Assembly (NCBI RefSeq): GCF_902713615.1
Contig: NC_052150.1
Span: 153,193,155-153,257,154 of the forward strand
Source of the DNA: Scyliorhinus canicula
Taxonomy: Eukaryota
Reading direction: 5' to 3'
DNA: 64,000 nt
How positions within the stretch are numbered: the first letter of the stretch is position 1; every line of letters begins with the position of its first letter. The position numbers and the translations under genes are program-made. Under the pieces are notes generated by a model. That model did no database searches. It worked only from the letters and a program-made list of their open reading frames with translations, and had not been told where the DNA came from. Positions 12,601-25,752 of the stretch are shown piece by piece.

Positions 12601-13125
12601 ATGTAGAGTTGCTACTTCCTTGATTACTCCCATCTTTTCAAGCTCCTATGCCTTACTAGATTTGAGGACAGCTGGAACTCTCCTCGGAAAATGCTGAGTT
12701 GGTCTCACACTCTCAACTACTTCAAGATGATATTCATCAGGAATACATCAAAGACTTTTCAGATCATCTTTGTAATTTGTCAGGATCCGTCCAGCAGTTC
12801 CAAGGTGTAGAGTGATTCATCAGAATCATTGTCCAACATCTCTCCAGCTATCATCTTTACAGGCTTGATTTTCTTCTTTCCTGCAAAACACTTCGAGCAA
12901 AATGATTCAGCTTCCTGCTTTTCCCATGCTGGACCTGCTTCCTTTGCTTTGTGGTGTCCTACATAATATTATCATTCAGTTCTCTGGCGTTGATCTTTTT
13001 GCCAGCCCTTCTGCAAACAGTTTATTTTACTACATTGCCTTAAGCTTGGACTGCCTGAACTGCCTCTCAGTACAGTGCAAAGCCTCATTAGTTCTCCCAT
13101 CAATACTCTTTAGCTGATGAATGTA
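9630..13125 (-). mobile_element. Decayed Ty3/Gypsy LTR retrotransposon (gag knuckle remnant, RT, RNase H, integrase, PPT, 3' LTR)
   Basis: EVKYIGHVLTAKGLHPDPDK (12046-12267), SDHKPLQSIFLKPLLSAPKHLQRMLL (11533-11778), DYLITANDYLDYWELDKL (10910-11110). Short 3' LTR 9630-9759 reads TG..CA on minus and is preceded by PPT AAAAGGAGGA (9760-9769). Confidence 0.88.
10541..10910 (-). mobile_element. CR1 RT fragment embedded in the Gypsy integrase
   Basis: Minus translation gives NYRPVRL.., GKSCLTNLL, and FIARGMESKNREILLQLYRALIRPH (ORF 10438-10641). Confidence 0.75.
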
Positions 13126-13130
13126 GGAAA

Positions 13131-13665
13131 TTGTGAGATATTGCATTTGATGTTTGTTGCAGTAATGTTATTAAAAGCCCTGATGTAAGATACACATAGG
13201 GCAATATGTCTGCTAAAGCTATGATTAAGGGGTCATAAAAATGAGGCAATCATAGATTTTAACCATTTACTTGTTTACTGATAGATGGCTAATGGAACAT
13301 TGTTTAGATTTTGGAAGATCCCTGGGGTGTAGATAATTTATGATGGACGGTGCTGTGTCCTGGATAAATTGGTCATGGGACATCTTCGTGGGAGGAGATG
13401 GAGGAATGCCTTATGATGTAATTATGGGTGCAGCCAAGTCTGTCTGCAGTTTTGCAGTTTGCTATAGGATTTTAGTCTGACAAAACAGGGCTCCTGGAAG
13501 ATTCTCTCCAAGGTCTTTGCACAGAGGAAAGCAAATTAACCTGATTGTTAACTTTATTTATAAGTGATCTTTGGACTATACTGGTTTTCTTAATCGGAAT
13601 ATATACATAGTTGCAAGTGTAGGGAGTAAGTTCAAGTTTTCCTCTTATTTAAGAACTGTTAACAA
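13131..13665 (+). mobile_element. LTR-like repeat (5' portion), related to 2652-3264
   Basis: Starts TGTGAGATATT; internal similarity to 2652-3264. Confidence 0.55.
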
Positions 13666-13673
13666 CAAAAACT

Positions 13674-13990
13674 CTCTGTAGTTCCTTGCTGTCTTGGGCC
13701 GAGCAGTTGCCATACTAGGCTGTGATGCAGCCAGATAGGATGCTTTCTATGGTGCATCTGTATAGTTGGTAAGAGTCAATGCGGACATGCCAAATTTTCT
13801 TTGTTTCCTGAGAAAGTATAGGCACTGTTGGGCTTTCTTGGTCGTAGTGTTGACATGGGTGGACCAAGACAGATTGTTGGTGATGTGCACAACTAGGAAT
13901 TGAAGCTGTCAACCATCTCCACCTCGGCCCCATTGATGCAGTCAGGGGTATGTACGATACTTTGCTTCCTGAAGTCAATGACCAGCTCTG
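13674..13990 (-). mobile_element. Rex1/Babar LINE fragment
   Basis: YRCTIESILSGCITA(W)YGNCS motif in ORF 13715-14017. Confidence 0.75.
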
Positions 13991-15574
13991 AGTCATATTG
14001 AATGTTGGAGAACTCAAGGGGCCTTATGGTCTATTCCTGCACCAATTTTCATGTTCTTATGTACCTCACAGTCTACTTTTACTGAACTAGGAAATAACCC
14101 ACAACCAGACAACAAAGTAACATGATGAAAATCGTCATTCAGCCAGCTCAAAATTTCCTGCTATGTTAGGAAAAGACAGTAGCATTGAATAGTCACACAA
14201 AGGTAAATATCAAAGGTAGACATAGCGCTTTAAACAGTAAGATTTGTTGCCAGTGAAATTATGGACACATTTATTTGGTTTGATGGTGGAATACTTGGGT
14301 TAAGCAATAGCAGAATGCATTATTAATAGCAGAGTATCATAGATTATTTTTTGACAATAGAACATTTGAATTTGGCACCTGCTATTTTTGCTGCTTGTTG
14401 ATGTTGGGCGGATGGTGTGGTATAGAGAATAGAAGCGGGATGTACTTAACATGGTTCAACGCATTTAAATGCTGTTGCCTTCAAACAGAAGCATCTCGGT
14501 CATCCAGGTTTTTGAAACACGACTCATGGGCTTTGTGAATTTTTGTGAATTGTGAGGGGGAGGTTAAAACAGCTAGAGGGAATCATGCTGATGAAAAATA
14601 CCACATTGACACTGACTGACACTCAGCCACCATCTCAGATATCGGCACTATGAGTAACTTAAAGGGTAGCACAGAGGGGGCATCTGCATGTGAGTGGCTG
14701 GGTATGAGTGGATTGCAACCAGGGCAGGGATTAAGAACATGTGGGCACTAGCTGCAAACACGGTGGGGTGCAGCAGAGTTCTGTTGTACAGCACTCAGAT
14801 TACAACTTTGTTGGGATGGCCTAAATAAATGGCTGATGGGCATGCACACAGGGATAATTGGTGCATTGCCATACTTGTCAGAAATCCTGAGGAAAATCTC
14901 AAGGGCTATTGAGGAATCCAGCTCCAAATTGGCAAGAGTTTTGCACATAATTTGAAGCTCATTCTTTCCAGATGGAAGTGGTAGCCACTCCATGAGAATG
15001 CATGTGCATTTGATCATAATATAGCATATGATGATTAACGTCTTAACTTCAATTGCTGCACAGACAGAACCTACCCAATGTCTCAGTGCTCCAGTGGGAA
15101 CTCAGATAGAGGTCATGAAATCTGAGCTTGTTGCCATGCAGGCTTAGACAAGCTGTCATTATTGCTGTGGATTCCAGTGTGCAATTGGGTTTTCAGGGTC
15201 TCGCACCCATCAATTTGTCCTCTAACTGATTACCAGAAATGCTGAGGTGCCACCCGAAGAAACTGGCAGTGGCTCCTTGGAACAAGAACATGTTGCCATC
15301 TCTCAATGACACTATTCGTCCTCCCACAATTACCACTCTACCACTGGCCTTGCTGCTGTCTGCCAGTCAGCCAGCCTAGACTACTGCCCTTCATGATGTG
15401 GTGCTCTGGCCCTTTAGGCCCACAGCTGCTGGGGTCATGCAGCAACAAGCCTCTCTGTGTTTGAGTGCTGGTTTGATTGGTTCAGTTTTAGTGGGGAATC
15501 ATCAATTGGCATAGAGCAGAAAGCCTTCATCACCCAGCAGCCACCTCTGGTTTGATATATCAGGTGAGAGTTGA

Positions 15575-16310
15575 ACAGTAGACTGGCAAAGGATGAACAA
15601 TTCAGGACTGCTGCCAGGTTAGTGGGGATTCGTTAGCATGATGAACTGGGCATAGGAGCAATACAACAGCACATTGAGCGATAGTCCTGTCTGTTATGGT
15701 ATATAATCGCAGCATTGAGATGCAGTACATGCAGCCAATGGTATCCTGCATGAGGGGCTGTTTAGCACAGGAGGGGCTGTTTAGCACAGGGCTAAATCGC
15801 TGGCTTTGAAAGCAGACCAAGCAGGCCAGCAGCACGGTTCGATTCCCGTAACAGCCTCCCCGAACAGGCGCCGGAATGTGGCGACTAGGGACTTTTCACA
15901 GTAACCTCATTTGAAGCCTACTCGTGACAATAAGCGATTTTCATTTCATTTCATGATGGGAAGCCAGATATCCTGGAAAAGTGAATACAGGCTCTTCTGG
16001 CTTCCCTCTGTTGAAAGTGAAAGCAATGAAGCCTCTGCTCCTGCAGTACAGAGCCTCTGTCACATCCAGGATGTAGTGAGCATGGTGAACTGTGAACTTT
16101 TTAGTTATGTTGTCTGTTGCAGCCTGGAAGGATCCCAACAATGTAGAAGTTGAGGGTCACAGCCACTGCCATTGGCAGCGCTGCCCTCACATGATTCTGA
16201 GACGGCATACCTGCTTCCAAAGGTGCCAGAGCTAAATGAATCACAGATGGATAGGACTTCCTGCTGTGAGCCATACCCAGCCTCCTCCTCATGTTCTGTG
16301 AGAATCTTCT
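15575..16310 (-). pseudogene. Old PIF/Harbinger transposase remnant (HARBI1-like DDE), in a decayed element spanning about 14400-16850
   Basis: Joined frames read RAALPMAVAVTLNFY..GSFQAATD..VTEALY..ISGFP.MQDTIGCMY, matching the Harbinger ALNFYATGSFQ and GFP.V.G.IDCTH motifs; split by SINE 15754-15953. Confidence 0.7.
15754..15953 (+). mobile_element. Second tRNA-derived SINE family with (TTTCA)n tail
   Basis: GGGGCTG(G)TTTAGC..GGTTCGATTCCC..GAATGTGGCGACTAGGG..GTGACAATAAGCGATTTTCATTTCA; second copy at 37672-37852; 19-bp tandem duplication of the 5' end. Confidence 0.85.
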
Positions 16311-17394
16311 CATCTACTTTACTGCCTCTTTACCATCTCCCTCTCATACTGAAGCCCAAGGGGGACTGCTGCTATGGCACCCGCATTGGTAGCAGGTGGT
16401 ATGCCCAGACTCCTAGCAGGACCAACCAACATCTGCCCCATATTCAGCATCACTCCCAACAGTGTTCTCCAACTTTAAGCAACTTTCCAAACATCCAGTA
16501 CTTCCAGAAACTCAAGCAAAGCCAGTAGAAAGTAATAAGCAAGTAACCTACAAGTTGAATAGTCACTCCTTTGGAGAGCATTAGTGCTGGGATCCTTCAT
16601 GCTGCTGAGCATACTCAGCTGTGCATTCATGAAGAGGTGATAACTAGAGTGACAAAATCCAAAATGGCAGTGTAGGTGTCATATTAGTGTTCGATGCTGA
16701 CTGACATTAGGATCTGCTTAGTCTGCATACTAATGCACGCTTGTAATCCCTGTGCTAATACCCTTGCCAAATGGCATTCAGCGCAGGCTGTAGAAGTGGG
16801 CAGAAACTGCACAGGTGCAATTTTGCTTCTAAATCAACCCCAATAGTGTCAAAACTATCATCACATGGAGCAGAACTTTGCACCCACAAACAACTACACT
16901 CATCAAACAATAATAAAAACAAAGCATTTCTTAACTACAAAATATTCTAAGTATAGTTATAAGGGCAACTAGGGATGGGCAATAAATGCTGGCCTAACCA
17001 GTGACGCCCACATCCCGTAAAGAATTAAAAAAAGTATATACAAAAGCTAAATTCTAGCGTGATGCTCACTATATTCTCTATAATCCAGCGGTTTTCTTAT
17101 TTGAACACAAGGGTCTCGAAATTGATTTGCACAGCGCCTATTGATTGGTCCTGCACGGATGCCTTGGGTACACATAGTGTGAAGTTGCACTGCATGCATA
17201 TAGTAGGTGTTATAACCTTTGCATACACAAATAAGGGGCCTAACACCTGCTTCAGCTTTCCCTTTCAGCACTGCTTAGCCCTGAAGCAGCCAGCATACTG
17301 CAGGCAAGGGAAACTAGCCCTAGAGGTCACCTGTAACAAGAAAAAGGTAAGAATGTCAAAAGTTGCCTTATTTCACTATGTGAAGGCACAGCGT

Positions 17395-18662
17395 TAGTTT
17401 TTACATGCTAATGACACCCAGCTCTACCTCACCACCACCTCTCTTGACTCCTCCACTGTTGTTAAATTATCAGACTGCTTATCCAACATCAAATACTGGA
17501 CGAACAGAAATTTCCTCCAATTAATTAATGGAAAGACTTAAACTATTGCCCACTCTAAACTCCAATTTCCCACTCCAGACTGCATCCCTCTGCATCCCTC
17601 TCCCAAAATGAACTTCCGACCACATATCGCACCAAGATCGTCTATTACGACCTCCATCTCACATCATCTGCTGCTGAAATCCTCATTCATGCCTTTGCTA
17701 CTTCTAGACTTGACTATTCCAATAAACTCTTGGCTGGTCTCCCACATACTTTAGGTCATCCAAAACTCTGCTGCCCGTGTCTTAATCCAGTCATTTTCAA
17801 AGTCAGGGTCAGGACCCATGGGTGGGTCACAGGCAGGTGTTGGGAGGGTCGCGGGGCCACCGGTCACGGCGTTCCTGATCGTTGGAAGATGTGCCTAACA
17901 GCCGGGACTGGCTTTTAAAAATGCCGGCGGCGACTGGCGTTCAGAATGCTGGCCGTCTCGTGCATAAGTGTGCCCGCTCAGCAGTATGCAGGACCGGGTC
18001 GCAGCGAGGCAGACCATCTCCTCCTGAAGTCAGCAGCTGACCCAGGAGCAGATTCTTTCAAAAAATGAAAGCTGTCTGCTCTCCAGAAGCAGCGGCAAGG
18101 AGAAGGTCACGTGCCCCGTACACTGACGCCATGTGCTCTGGGCGCCAGAGAAATTGCTCCACTTTGTAGCTGCCAGCAGTGCTGGGCTGAGCTCCAGGGC
18201 CTCTGGTGAACAACCCATGAAGAAGCTGAAAACAGGAACAAAAGCAGCATAAAGATGATTTCTTGAGGCTTTGGTTTATTAATTGTGCCACTGCAAATCA
18301 GGATGCAAAGTTCATGTGTTATACACAGGGAATTACAAGCAAATGAAAGATTAAAACCCTCAAAAGGCATGGCGAGTTCGAGGTCAAAACTCTTGATTAT
18401 TTTTCCAACGGATGCAGTGAGATCTGAAATCTTCAGCTGAAGTCCTTATCACAAATGTAACATTGAATGACAAAGTAAGTGAGGTTGTGAAGACCAAGCA
18501 GGCTCATCTATCACATTAAAGGTAAGCAAAAATGGTGGGTTGCGAAAGTTGGCTTCCATGGGTCCCAAGGGATGGACGGCTGGCAAAATAGGGCCGGGGC
18601 AAAACGTTTGAAAAACACTGTCTTAATCCACAGCAAGTCCAGTTCCCCTATCATCCCTCTGA
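17395..18662 (+). mobile_element. L2 LINE RT fragment
   Basis: ANDTQLYL..LSDCLSNIKYW..NFLQLIN.KT and LIHAFATSRLDYSN.LLAGLP motifs; split by the hAT element. Confidence 0.8.
17788..18620 (+). mobile_element. hAT (Charlie/Buster-type) internal-deletion derivative
   Basis: TIRs CAGTCATTTTCAAA / TTTGAAAAACACTG; perfect 8-bp TSD TCTTAATC (17780-17787, 18621-18628) with central TA; remnants of transposase N-terminus (MCVI..ANE.LKPS) and C-terminus (QAHLSH*). Confidence 0.9.
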
Positions 18663-18664
18663 CT

Positions 18665-18840
18665 TAATAATAATCTCTATTCTCACAAATAGGCTTACAT
18701 TAACACTGCAATGGAGCTCCTGTGAAATGCCCCTAGTCGCCACATTCTGGCGCCTGTTCGGGTACACAGAGGAAGAATTCAGAATGTCCAAATTACCTAA
18801 CAGCACGTCTTTCGGGACTTGTGGGAGGAAACCGGAGCGA
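18665..18840 (-). mobile_element. SINE 3' fragment
   Basis: CCCTAGTCGCCACATTC..GGCGCCTGTTCGGG is the reverse complement of the tail block of 15754-15953, joined to a V-SINE-like core. Confidence 0.65.
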
Positions 18841-19601
18841 ACTTAGCATGAAAACTACCTACACCAGACACTCTTATCATTATCTAAGTGTGGTAATGTA
18901 CACTCCACTCCCTTTATCAAGTTTACAGCAGACTCTACTGTTTTTGCAATCTTTATGTCAGATACCGAATAGTGCTGTTTCCAAAATCCCAGGAAGTTCT
19001 TCTGGGTTGGTTGGAGAGGAGCTGACTTATCAGTCAAATGTCAATATCCCAGAGAAACCTTTTTGATCATATCTGACAAATTAGTTTCTATTGCTTAAAG
19101 TCCTTCAGGATTTTTTTTGTCAAATTGCATCCCCTTACTGTAAACACAATTTACTGATTCCACTTTATCTCTTTAACGGCCCTCCTGGCCTAATGGCTTG
19201 CTTTCTCATAACCTATACTTGCAGCAGCTTGAGAATTCAAGAGGTTTCAAGTACTGCTATTCTTCAGTCCACCAGTTCTCCTTCTTTCTGCAGTTACCTT
19301 AACAGGGCATTGCTCAGTGAATGATTCTTTGATTTGTTTCTAATTTTCTTTCCTCTGCAGAAATTAATAATGAAAAAAAAATGATTATGATTATTTTATT
19401 GAATTGGAAAATAACTATGTCAAGCGATTAATGGTCAAACTCTGCAAATACAAAATATTAGAGCATAAAAAGACCTTTTTTTGCCTATGCTGGGTCTTTG
19501 AAACATCTGTCTAATCCATCCCATTTGCCTGTTCTTTCACCACATCCTTTTCCACTTTCTTTTGAAATATTTATTCACATCCGTTTTAAAGCTTTTATGT
19601 G

Positions 19602-19711
19602 CAATGTTCCTTCTAAGCAATGTGGATGTGTGGGTGCACAGCAACCTGAAATGCACCATGCAGTGTGACACACAGGCAGCACATAAGAAGGAAAATTAAG
19701 AGGGAACATTG
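19602..19711. mobile_element. Short hAT-like MITE
   Basis: TIR CAATGTTCCTTCTAA / AAGAGGGAACATTG; degenerate 8-bp flanks TTTATGTG / ACTACGTG. Confidence 0.6.
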
Positions 19712-19957
19712 ACTACGTGCGTTTCTGGCAGGACATTCTATGTCCTAACAACTCTACATAAAATAAATATTTTCCTTTGTTCTTTTGGTGATGATTTATA
19801 TCCATGGAGTTATGTACATATCAACCAGTGGATGTACTATATTAAAAACTGTTCAATATGTTAAATAAAATAAATTAATCAGATTATCTATTTCCTGAAC
19901 TAATGAAACAGGCTCTAGCTTAATTTGACTATCGTCATATCCACAGCTTCTGAAACC

Positions 19958-20330
19958 GGGAAACTGCTTGGCCCAAGACTGTAAGAAACTACAGAGAGTT
20001 GTGAACCCGGCTCCCATCCATTGACTCTGCCTATACCTCCTGCTGCCTTGGGAAAGCGGGCAGCATAATCAAAGACCCCTCCCAACTGGCTTTTTCACTC
20101 TTCCCACTTTTTCCGTCAGGAAGGAAATACAGCTTCTTCCCTGCTGTTACCAGTTTCCTGAACGACCCTCTTGTGGACTGAGATCTTCACACATCTTCTC
20201 TCTGACCTCCCCATCCAAGCCCACATCTTCTCTATTAAGTAGTAGTACTGTTTGCTTCTGTATGCTTCACCCGATGCCGGTGCCTATATATTTACATTGT
20301 GTTTTTTATGTTTACCCTATGTATTTTCTT
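19958..20330 (+). mobile_element. Rex1/Babar LINE 3' fragment
   Basis: GNCLAQDCKKLQRVVN..SIIKDPSQ..SFFPAVT..LN motifs. Confidence 0.7.
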
Positions 20331-20339
20331 TTCAAGTAC

Positions 20340-20637
20340 GGGCAGCATGGTAGCACAGTGGTTAGCACAGTTATTTCACAGCTCCAAGATCCCAGGTTCG
20401 ATTCCCGGCTTGGGTCACTATCTGTGCGTAGACTGCACGTTCTCCCGTGTCTGTGTGGGTTTCCTCCGGGTGCTCCGGTTTCCTCCCACAGTCAAATGAT
20501 GTGCAGGTTGGGTGGATTGGCTATGCTAAATTGCCCTTAGTATCCAAAAAGGTGAAATGGGGTTACTGGGTTACGGGATAGGGTGGAGATGTGGTCTTGG
20601 ATGGGGTTGTCTTTCCATGGACCAGTGCGGACTCGAT
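20340..20637 (+). mobile_element. HE1/V-SINE-like element
   Basis: GGGCAGCATGGTAGCACAGTGG, GGTTCGATTCC, conserved core; tail truncated. Confidence 0.88.
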
Positions 20638-22435
20638 CTATTTGAGCTGCACGCAGAACAATACTTTTCGCTGTACCTCAGAAAACATGGCAACAAAAAT
20701 ATCCAATCCAATCCAATCCCTTTCCATGGCCTTGACACCTTGCTAAAATATAGCAACATTCATCAGAACATTCAAGGCTGTGGGCAAAGTGCTGGCAAAT
20801 GGGATTTCTCTGCCGGCATCTGCTGAAAATTGCTTGCAGAATCATTTTGTTGTTGAGCAACCAATTTCTACACTATAGATACGTCACTTTCTGTATCAGA
20901 AGAATATTGGAATTATGGACCTTCAAAGTTTAGTGCAATACAGATCTCTGGAACTGTACCTTTCCCTATGTATAGTTGCAAGATAGAAATCGCACATTAC
21001 CTTTGATAGTGCTGCTATACCTGAGATAGGCGCAGCTGGTACCTCTTATGTTCGATAAAACTAGCACCACACCATTTGTTTCAAGAGAATTAGAATAATT
21101 TCAATACATCAGCAACTGTTGTCAGTTATCCAACTTTAATTGTTACAGCACCTATGTAGTAAAATATCATCTTGGGCAGGTTATTAGACAAGACTGCATC
21201 AGGTTGACGATCTACAGCCTTTTGGGTACATTCTTACCCTAAAACCTGTGGGGGTGCATGGCTAATGCCCAAAATTGGGCCAAGGCTTCAGTGCACAGCT
21301 AGTTTTCTTTCTAAAACCAAGTGAAGCTCAAATGCACTTCACTCGTTGGATAAGCTAATTGTAATCTAATAACTTGCAGTGCATCAATATTTTATTGCTG
21401 TCTATTTATTGGCTATCTTATAGTCTCAGCACAAACCATACTTCTTCAGCTTGGAGCTTTCCACCTTTATTATCAAAGTTATTCATAAACGGCTAACAAG
21501 GTCATACAGACGGGAAATGCTCTTGACTTTTTGAGGTCATTTTCCACAGCTACCAAGTGTGCAATCCTAAATTTTTGGCTCAGAAACTCATTTAAATTAT
21601 GTAGGAGTGTTTGAACAACAACTGTAACTGGCACTCAAACACTTGCCTTCTGATGGGTATCCAGCAATCAATTGTAAATTACCAACACAATAGGTAATTT
21701 GGTTAACCAAAGAGGTAGAGCAACTCTTCAGTGGCCTTTCTGGATATTTTGAAGTTACAAAAATGCGTAGCTTTCTGATGTTCATGTTCAAGAACATAGT
21801 AGTCGGTTTCATTTCAGATAGCATGGAAAATCTAGTACAATTAAAATAAAATGGACATGAGGGAATATACTTTATTAAAGGGTGTATGTAGTCTGCATCA
21901 AAAATGTAGTGAAAAACCTTATTTACCATTTGGCATAATTTGTGCTGAGATGCATCACTGCGATGCAACGTCAGTGTGACAAAAATGACATTCAGACTGG
22001 AATTCCATGTCACGATGGAGGCCTCTAAGATAAATCTGAAAGTAGGGGAGGCCCCACTGAGAGTCCAAAAAGTAAGTAGCTCCCCCCCCCCCCCCCCCCC
22101 CCCCCCGCTGAGCTGGCAAGGAGGCGAAGACCACCAGGGTTCACCAGATGGTCTTCCCAAATGGCAGAGGTGCCATCCGTCCCTGGCAAAATGTCAGGGG
22201 TGATATGAAAAGGCCCTTACTTGACCACTCAATTGGCTTCAGGGCAGGAGGTCTGTACTGTACTCCACCTTCCCTGCTGCTGGTAAAATGGCACGGCAGC
22301 GTAACTCAATGAGCAATCCACTTCCCCGCCTTGCGTTGCAATTTTACAGATCACCCGCAACCCCCTCATCGCCCCCACCCCTCCTACCACCCCTCCCACC
22401 TGGAATAACCCAGCTAAAGTCTTCGGCATTCACCC

Positions 22436-24105
22436 CCAGCACTAACGATATTACCAGACCCTAAAAACTATGATTATGACCTACTACTCAGAATAGCGAC
22501 AGGACTGCGACAAGGGTTTGGGCTTTTTGCTGTTTGCCACCCCCCCCCCCACACCCCAAAAGTCCACTAGCTTCAGCTTCTTCAAATTAATTCACAGGCA
22601 TAAGATGCAGGGCCCCCTGAAACTACTGGAGAGAAGATTCTGGAGCCCAGGTTGGACATCCCCACGTTGGAGTACATCTCCACCTTCCCGGAAAGGCTCC
22701 TCAATGCCTGTGCAGTGGTCAAAGAGCATTTTAAAAAATTCCAGCAAACCATAAAAAAACAGGCAGACAAGCATGCTGAGGCTCAGGCTCTGCAACAGGG
22801 AGAACACGTCTTAGTGCTGCTACCCATACCCACTGTCCCTTTCCGAGCCAAGTTCGGTGGCCTGAATCGAGTGGCCAAAAAGACTCTCATCCTTTATAGG
22901 GGGAAAAAAACACTGGTTCTGCCACCTTAGGCGTCTAAGGAAGTATTACAGCCAAGAGCCCAGTCAACTAGTGGATGGTTTCCGGAGAGTGGAAATATCT
23001 CAGTGCAGCCAGGAGGAGTCAGCAGAGGAGGGGGCGGGAGCTGGAAGGCCCCCAGTTGAACCTCCGGCTACCAAGCTGGAAAAGGCCAGAGTCTTGGAAG
23101 ACCTAAGTGCCCAGTTGACACACCTGACCAAAGAGCAGCACGAGGTTATGGTCACCCTGCTTGGAAAGTTGAAAGAAAACTCCAAGGGCCAGACATGGCG
23201 TAGCACCCTAACAATCCACAAGGTGGGCTTGGGAGACAAAACCCTTAGTGGCTGAGCCCCACCAAACTGGTTCAGGTCAGGCAGGAAATCCTGTACGTGC
23301 TGGATAGTGATATCATTGTGCCAAAACACAGGAGTTGGAATTCCCCCATTGCACTGGTCCCAAAGCTGGATGGATCAAAACGGTTCCTCACGACTAACAG
23401 AAAATAAATGCAATAACCAGGGTTGCTTCTTATCCAATGTCATGCCATGGGGATTGCACAGACAAGATGGGCTACTCGGCTTACCCCTGCAAACTCAACC
23501 TTTTAAAAGACAAGTCACCATGAGCCCCAGGGCGAGATAAATCTTGGGATTTATCACCCTGTCTGGTTCATAGCTTAAAAATGCCCCAGCATGATTTCAG
23601 AGGTTGACAAAATAGGTAATAGTTGGGTTCAGCAAATGCGCAATGTACCTAGATGACTTGATAATTTATAGCGACATCTGGAGTTACTACGTGGACCACC
23701 TGGAGGCAGTGTTAAGTGTTCCAGGGTTCGAAAAGGACAAACCTTACGGTGAACTTGGCTAAAAGCAAGTTAGTGGGATAAGGAAACGTGCTACCCCATG
23801 ACGCCAAAGCACATGCCTGAATCAATTTCCCTGCTCCCAAAATAATAGAGGGAAATGAAGCATTTTCTAGGGATGTGTGGATTCTGAAAAGGTTTGTCCC
23901 AAACTTTAGTCGCCCTAAAGAGAAGCTCAAATGTAGTGCAGACAGAGGCTCGCCAAGAAGTTTTTACAAAATTGAAAGACATCTTGGTAAACAAGCCTGT
24001 ACTAGCTGTCCCAGACTTGAGCAAACCTTTAAGGGTGGCCATCGATCCAGTGATCTCGGGATGGGAGCTATCCTAATCCAGGAAGGTGATTCTGGGATTG
24101 AGCGT
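22436..24105 (+). mobile_element. Gmr1-like Gypsy element (integrase upstream of RT and RNase H), decayed; continues at 28980-29140
   Basis: IN core (RYYQTLKTMI..DKGLGFLLFAT) and IN C-terminus (EYISTFPERL..GEHVLVLLP..RAKFGG, 22652-22930), then RT (WNSPIALVPKLDGS, MYLDDLIIYS) and RH (PVLAVPDLSKPLRVAID..GAILIQEGD). Confidence 0.8.
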
Positions 24106-25432
24106 TGTGTGTTCTCATCTTTGTTCCAAGTTCAAACAAGGTCACTTTAAGAGTCCAATCATGTGATGAAGTCATCGGCCATTTCCATGGGCAAATGGGT
24201 AGTCCATCCTAACAGCCTGTAGGGTAAACACCTTTCCAATAAATCTCTTGTTTGTACCTTTGTGGTCTTGAATGACACCACTAGAGACAGACTAGTGTGT
24301 AGGTTAAGAAGCAAAGCTATCGATAAAAGGGCTGTTAACAGAATGCAACTAGAATCTAAAGAAGACGTTATAAGTTGCAATCTCTGTGGAAAGATGTTAG
24401 GAATTGTAGTAAAAGGGGGCACATTGAACTGGGGGAAATTGTTCTGTTGAGGGGATATATCAATGTAAATGTGCAGCTAAACAGACAGAACAGAGACTTG
24501 TCCCTATCATGGGGGTCAGATAAGGTATCAGACCATTCTTAATTATTTTTATTTTATATCTTAATTCAGTTACTGGCTTTGAGTTCTGTCACTGGTAGCT
24601 GCTGTAAGATCTGTCAGCAGGTGTCAAATAATGTCATTACAGGTAACTATCCAGCCCTAATAGGGAGAACCTGGCTGGAGAGAATCAAGCTAAACTTGGC
24701 CAAAGTGAATCTTACGTCAGAGTTCAAAGCAGGTCCACCGAAGATTTTAAAGAAACATGCCATCATTAATGGAGAGCTGTGAAGCATGAAAGAGGCCTTA
24801 GTCAAGCTAAAGATTAAGCATGAAAGCCAAGCAAGTTGCTTAAAGGCTAGGTCAGTGGCGTACAAAATCAGGCCCAAGGTCGAAGCCTAATTAGTGAGGC
24901 TGGTCAAGACGGGGGTCCTCAAACCTGTTAATGTAAGTGATTGGGCCATGCCGATAGTACCAGTAATGAAGAAAGATGGTTCGGTAGGCATGTGGTGATT
25001 TTAAAGTCACTATCAATCTGGTACTATGTGCAAAGACTCTCTGTCTTTAATTGATTATTTATTTTCTGGGTTGGCTGGAGGACAGCATTTCAAGAAAGTT
25101 GACCTCAGTCAAGCTTATCTCCAGATAACTGTGGATCCAGATTCACAACAATATTTGACAATTGTGACACGCAAAGGGTTATTCAGATATAAAAGGCTTC
25201 CATTTGACATCATGTCCGCACCTGCATTGTTCCAATGTGCCATGGATCAAATTCTAAGCTGACGAGAAGGAGTCCAGTGTTACTTAGACAATATCTTAGT
25301 TACAGGACAAAATGAAGAAAAGTATCTTCAAAATTTAGATACTACACTCCAGATACTATAAAATTATGGATTAAGAGGACAGAAAGATAAGTATGAATTC
25401 TTCAAATCTTCTACTGAACACCTGAGGCACGT

Positions 25433-25752
25433 CATAGAACATACAGTGCAGAAGGAGGCCATTCAGCCCATTGAGTCTGCACCGGCCCACTTAACTCACT
25501 TCCACCCTATCCTCGTAACCCAATAACCTCTCCTAACTTTTTTGGTCATTAAGGGCAATTTATCATGGCCAATCCACCTAACCTGCACGTCTTTGGACTG
25601 TGGGAGGAAACCAGAGCACCCGGAGGAAACACACGCAGACACCGGGGAGAACGTGCAGACTCCGCACAGGCAGTGACCCAGCGGGGAATTGAACCTGGTA
25701 CCCTGGCGCTGTGAAGCCACAGTGCTATCCACTTGTGCTACCGTGCTGCCCC
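25433..25752 (-). mobile_element. HE1/V-SINE-like element inserted in Gypsy RT
   Basis: Full head, core and CR1-type tail on the minus strand. Confidence 0.88.

Noticed and set aside
17280-17352. Possible exon ending at AAG|GTAAGA
   Set aside because: A good donor motif alone is not enough; there is no supported acceptor or recognisable peptide.
13674-20330. Two Rex1 fragments as halves of one inverted element
   Set aside because: They overlap by about 40 nt with several differences, which fits independent copies.
21597-22160. 187-aa minus ORF as a host exon
   Set aside because: It starts in a MITE remnant with poly-G, has no recognisable homology and no clear splice context.
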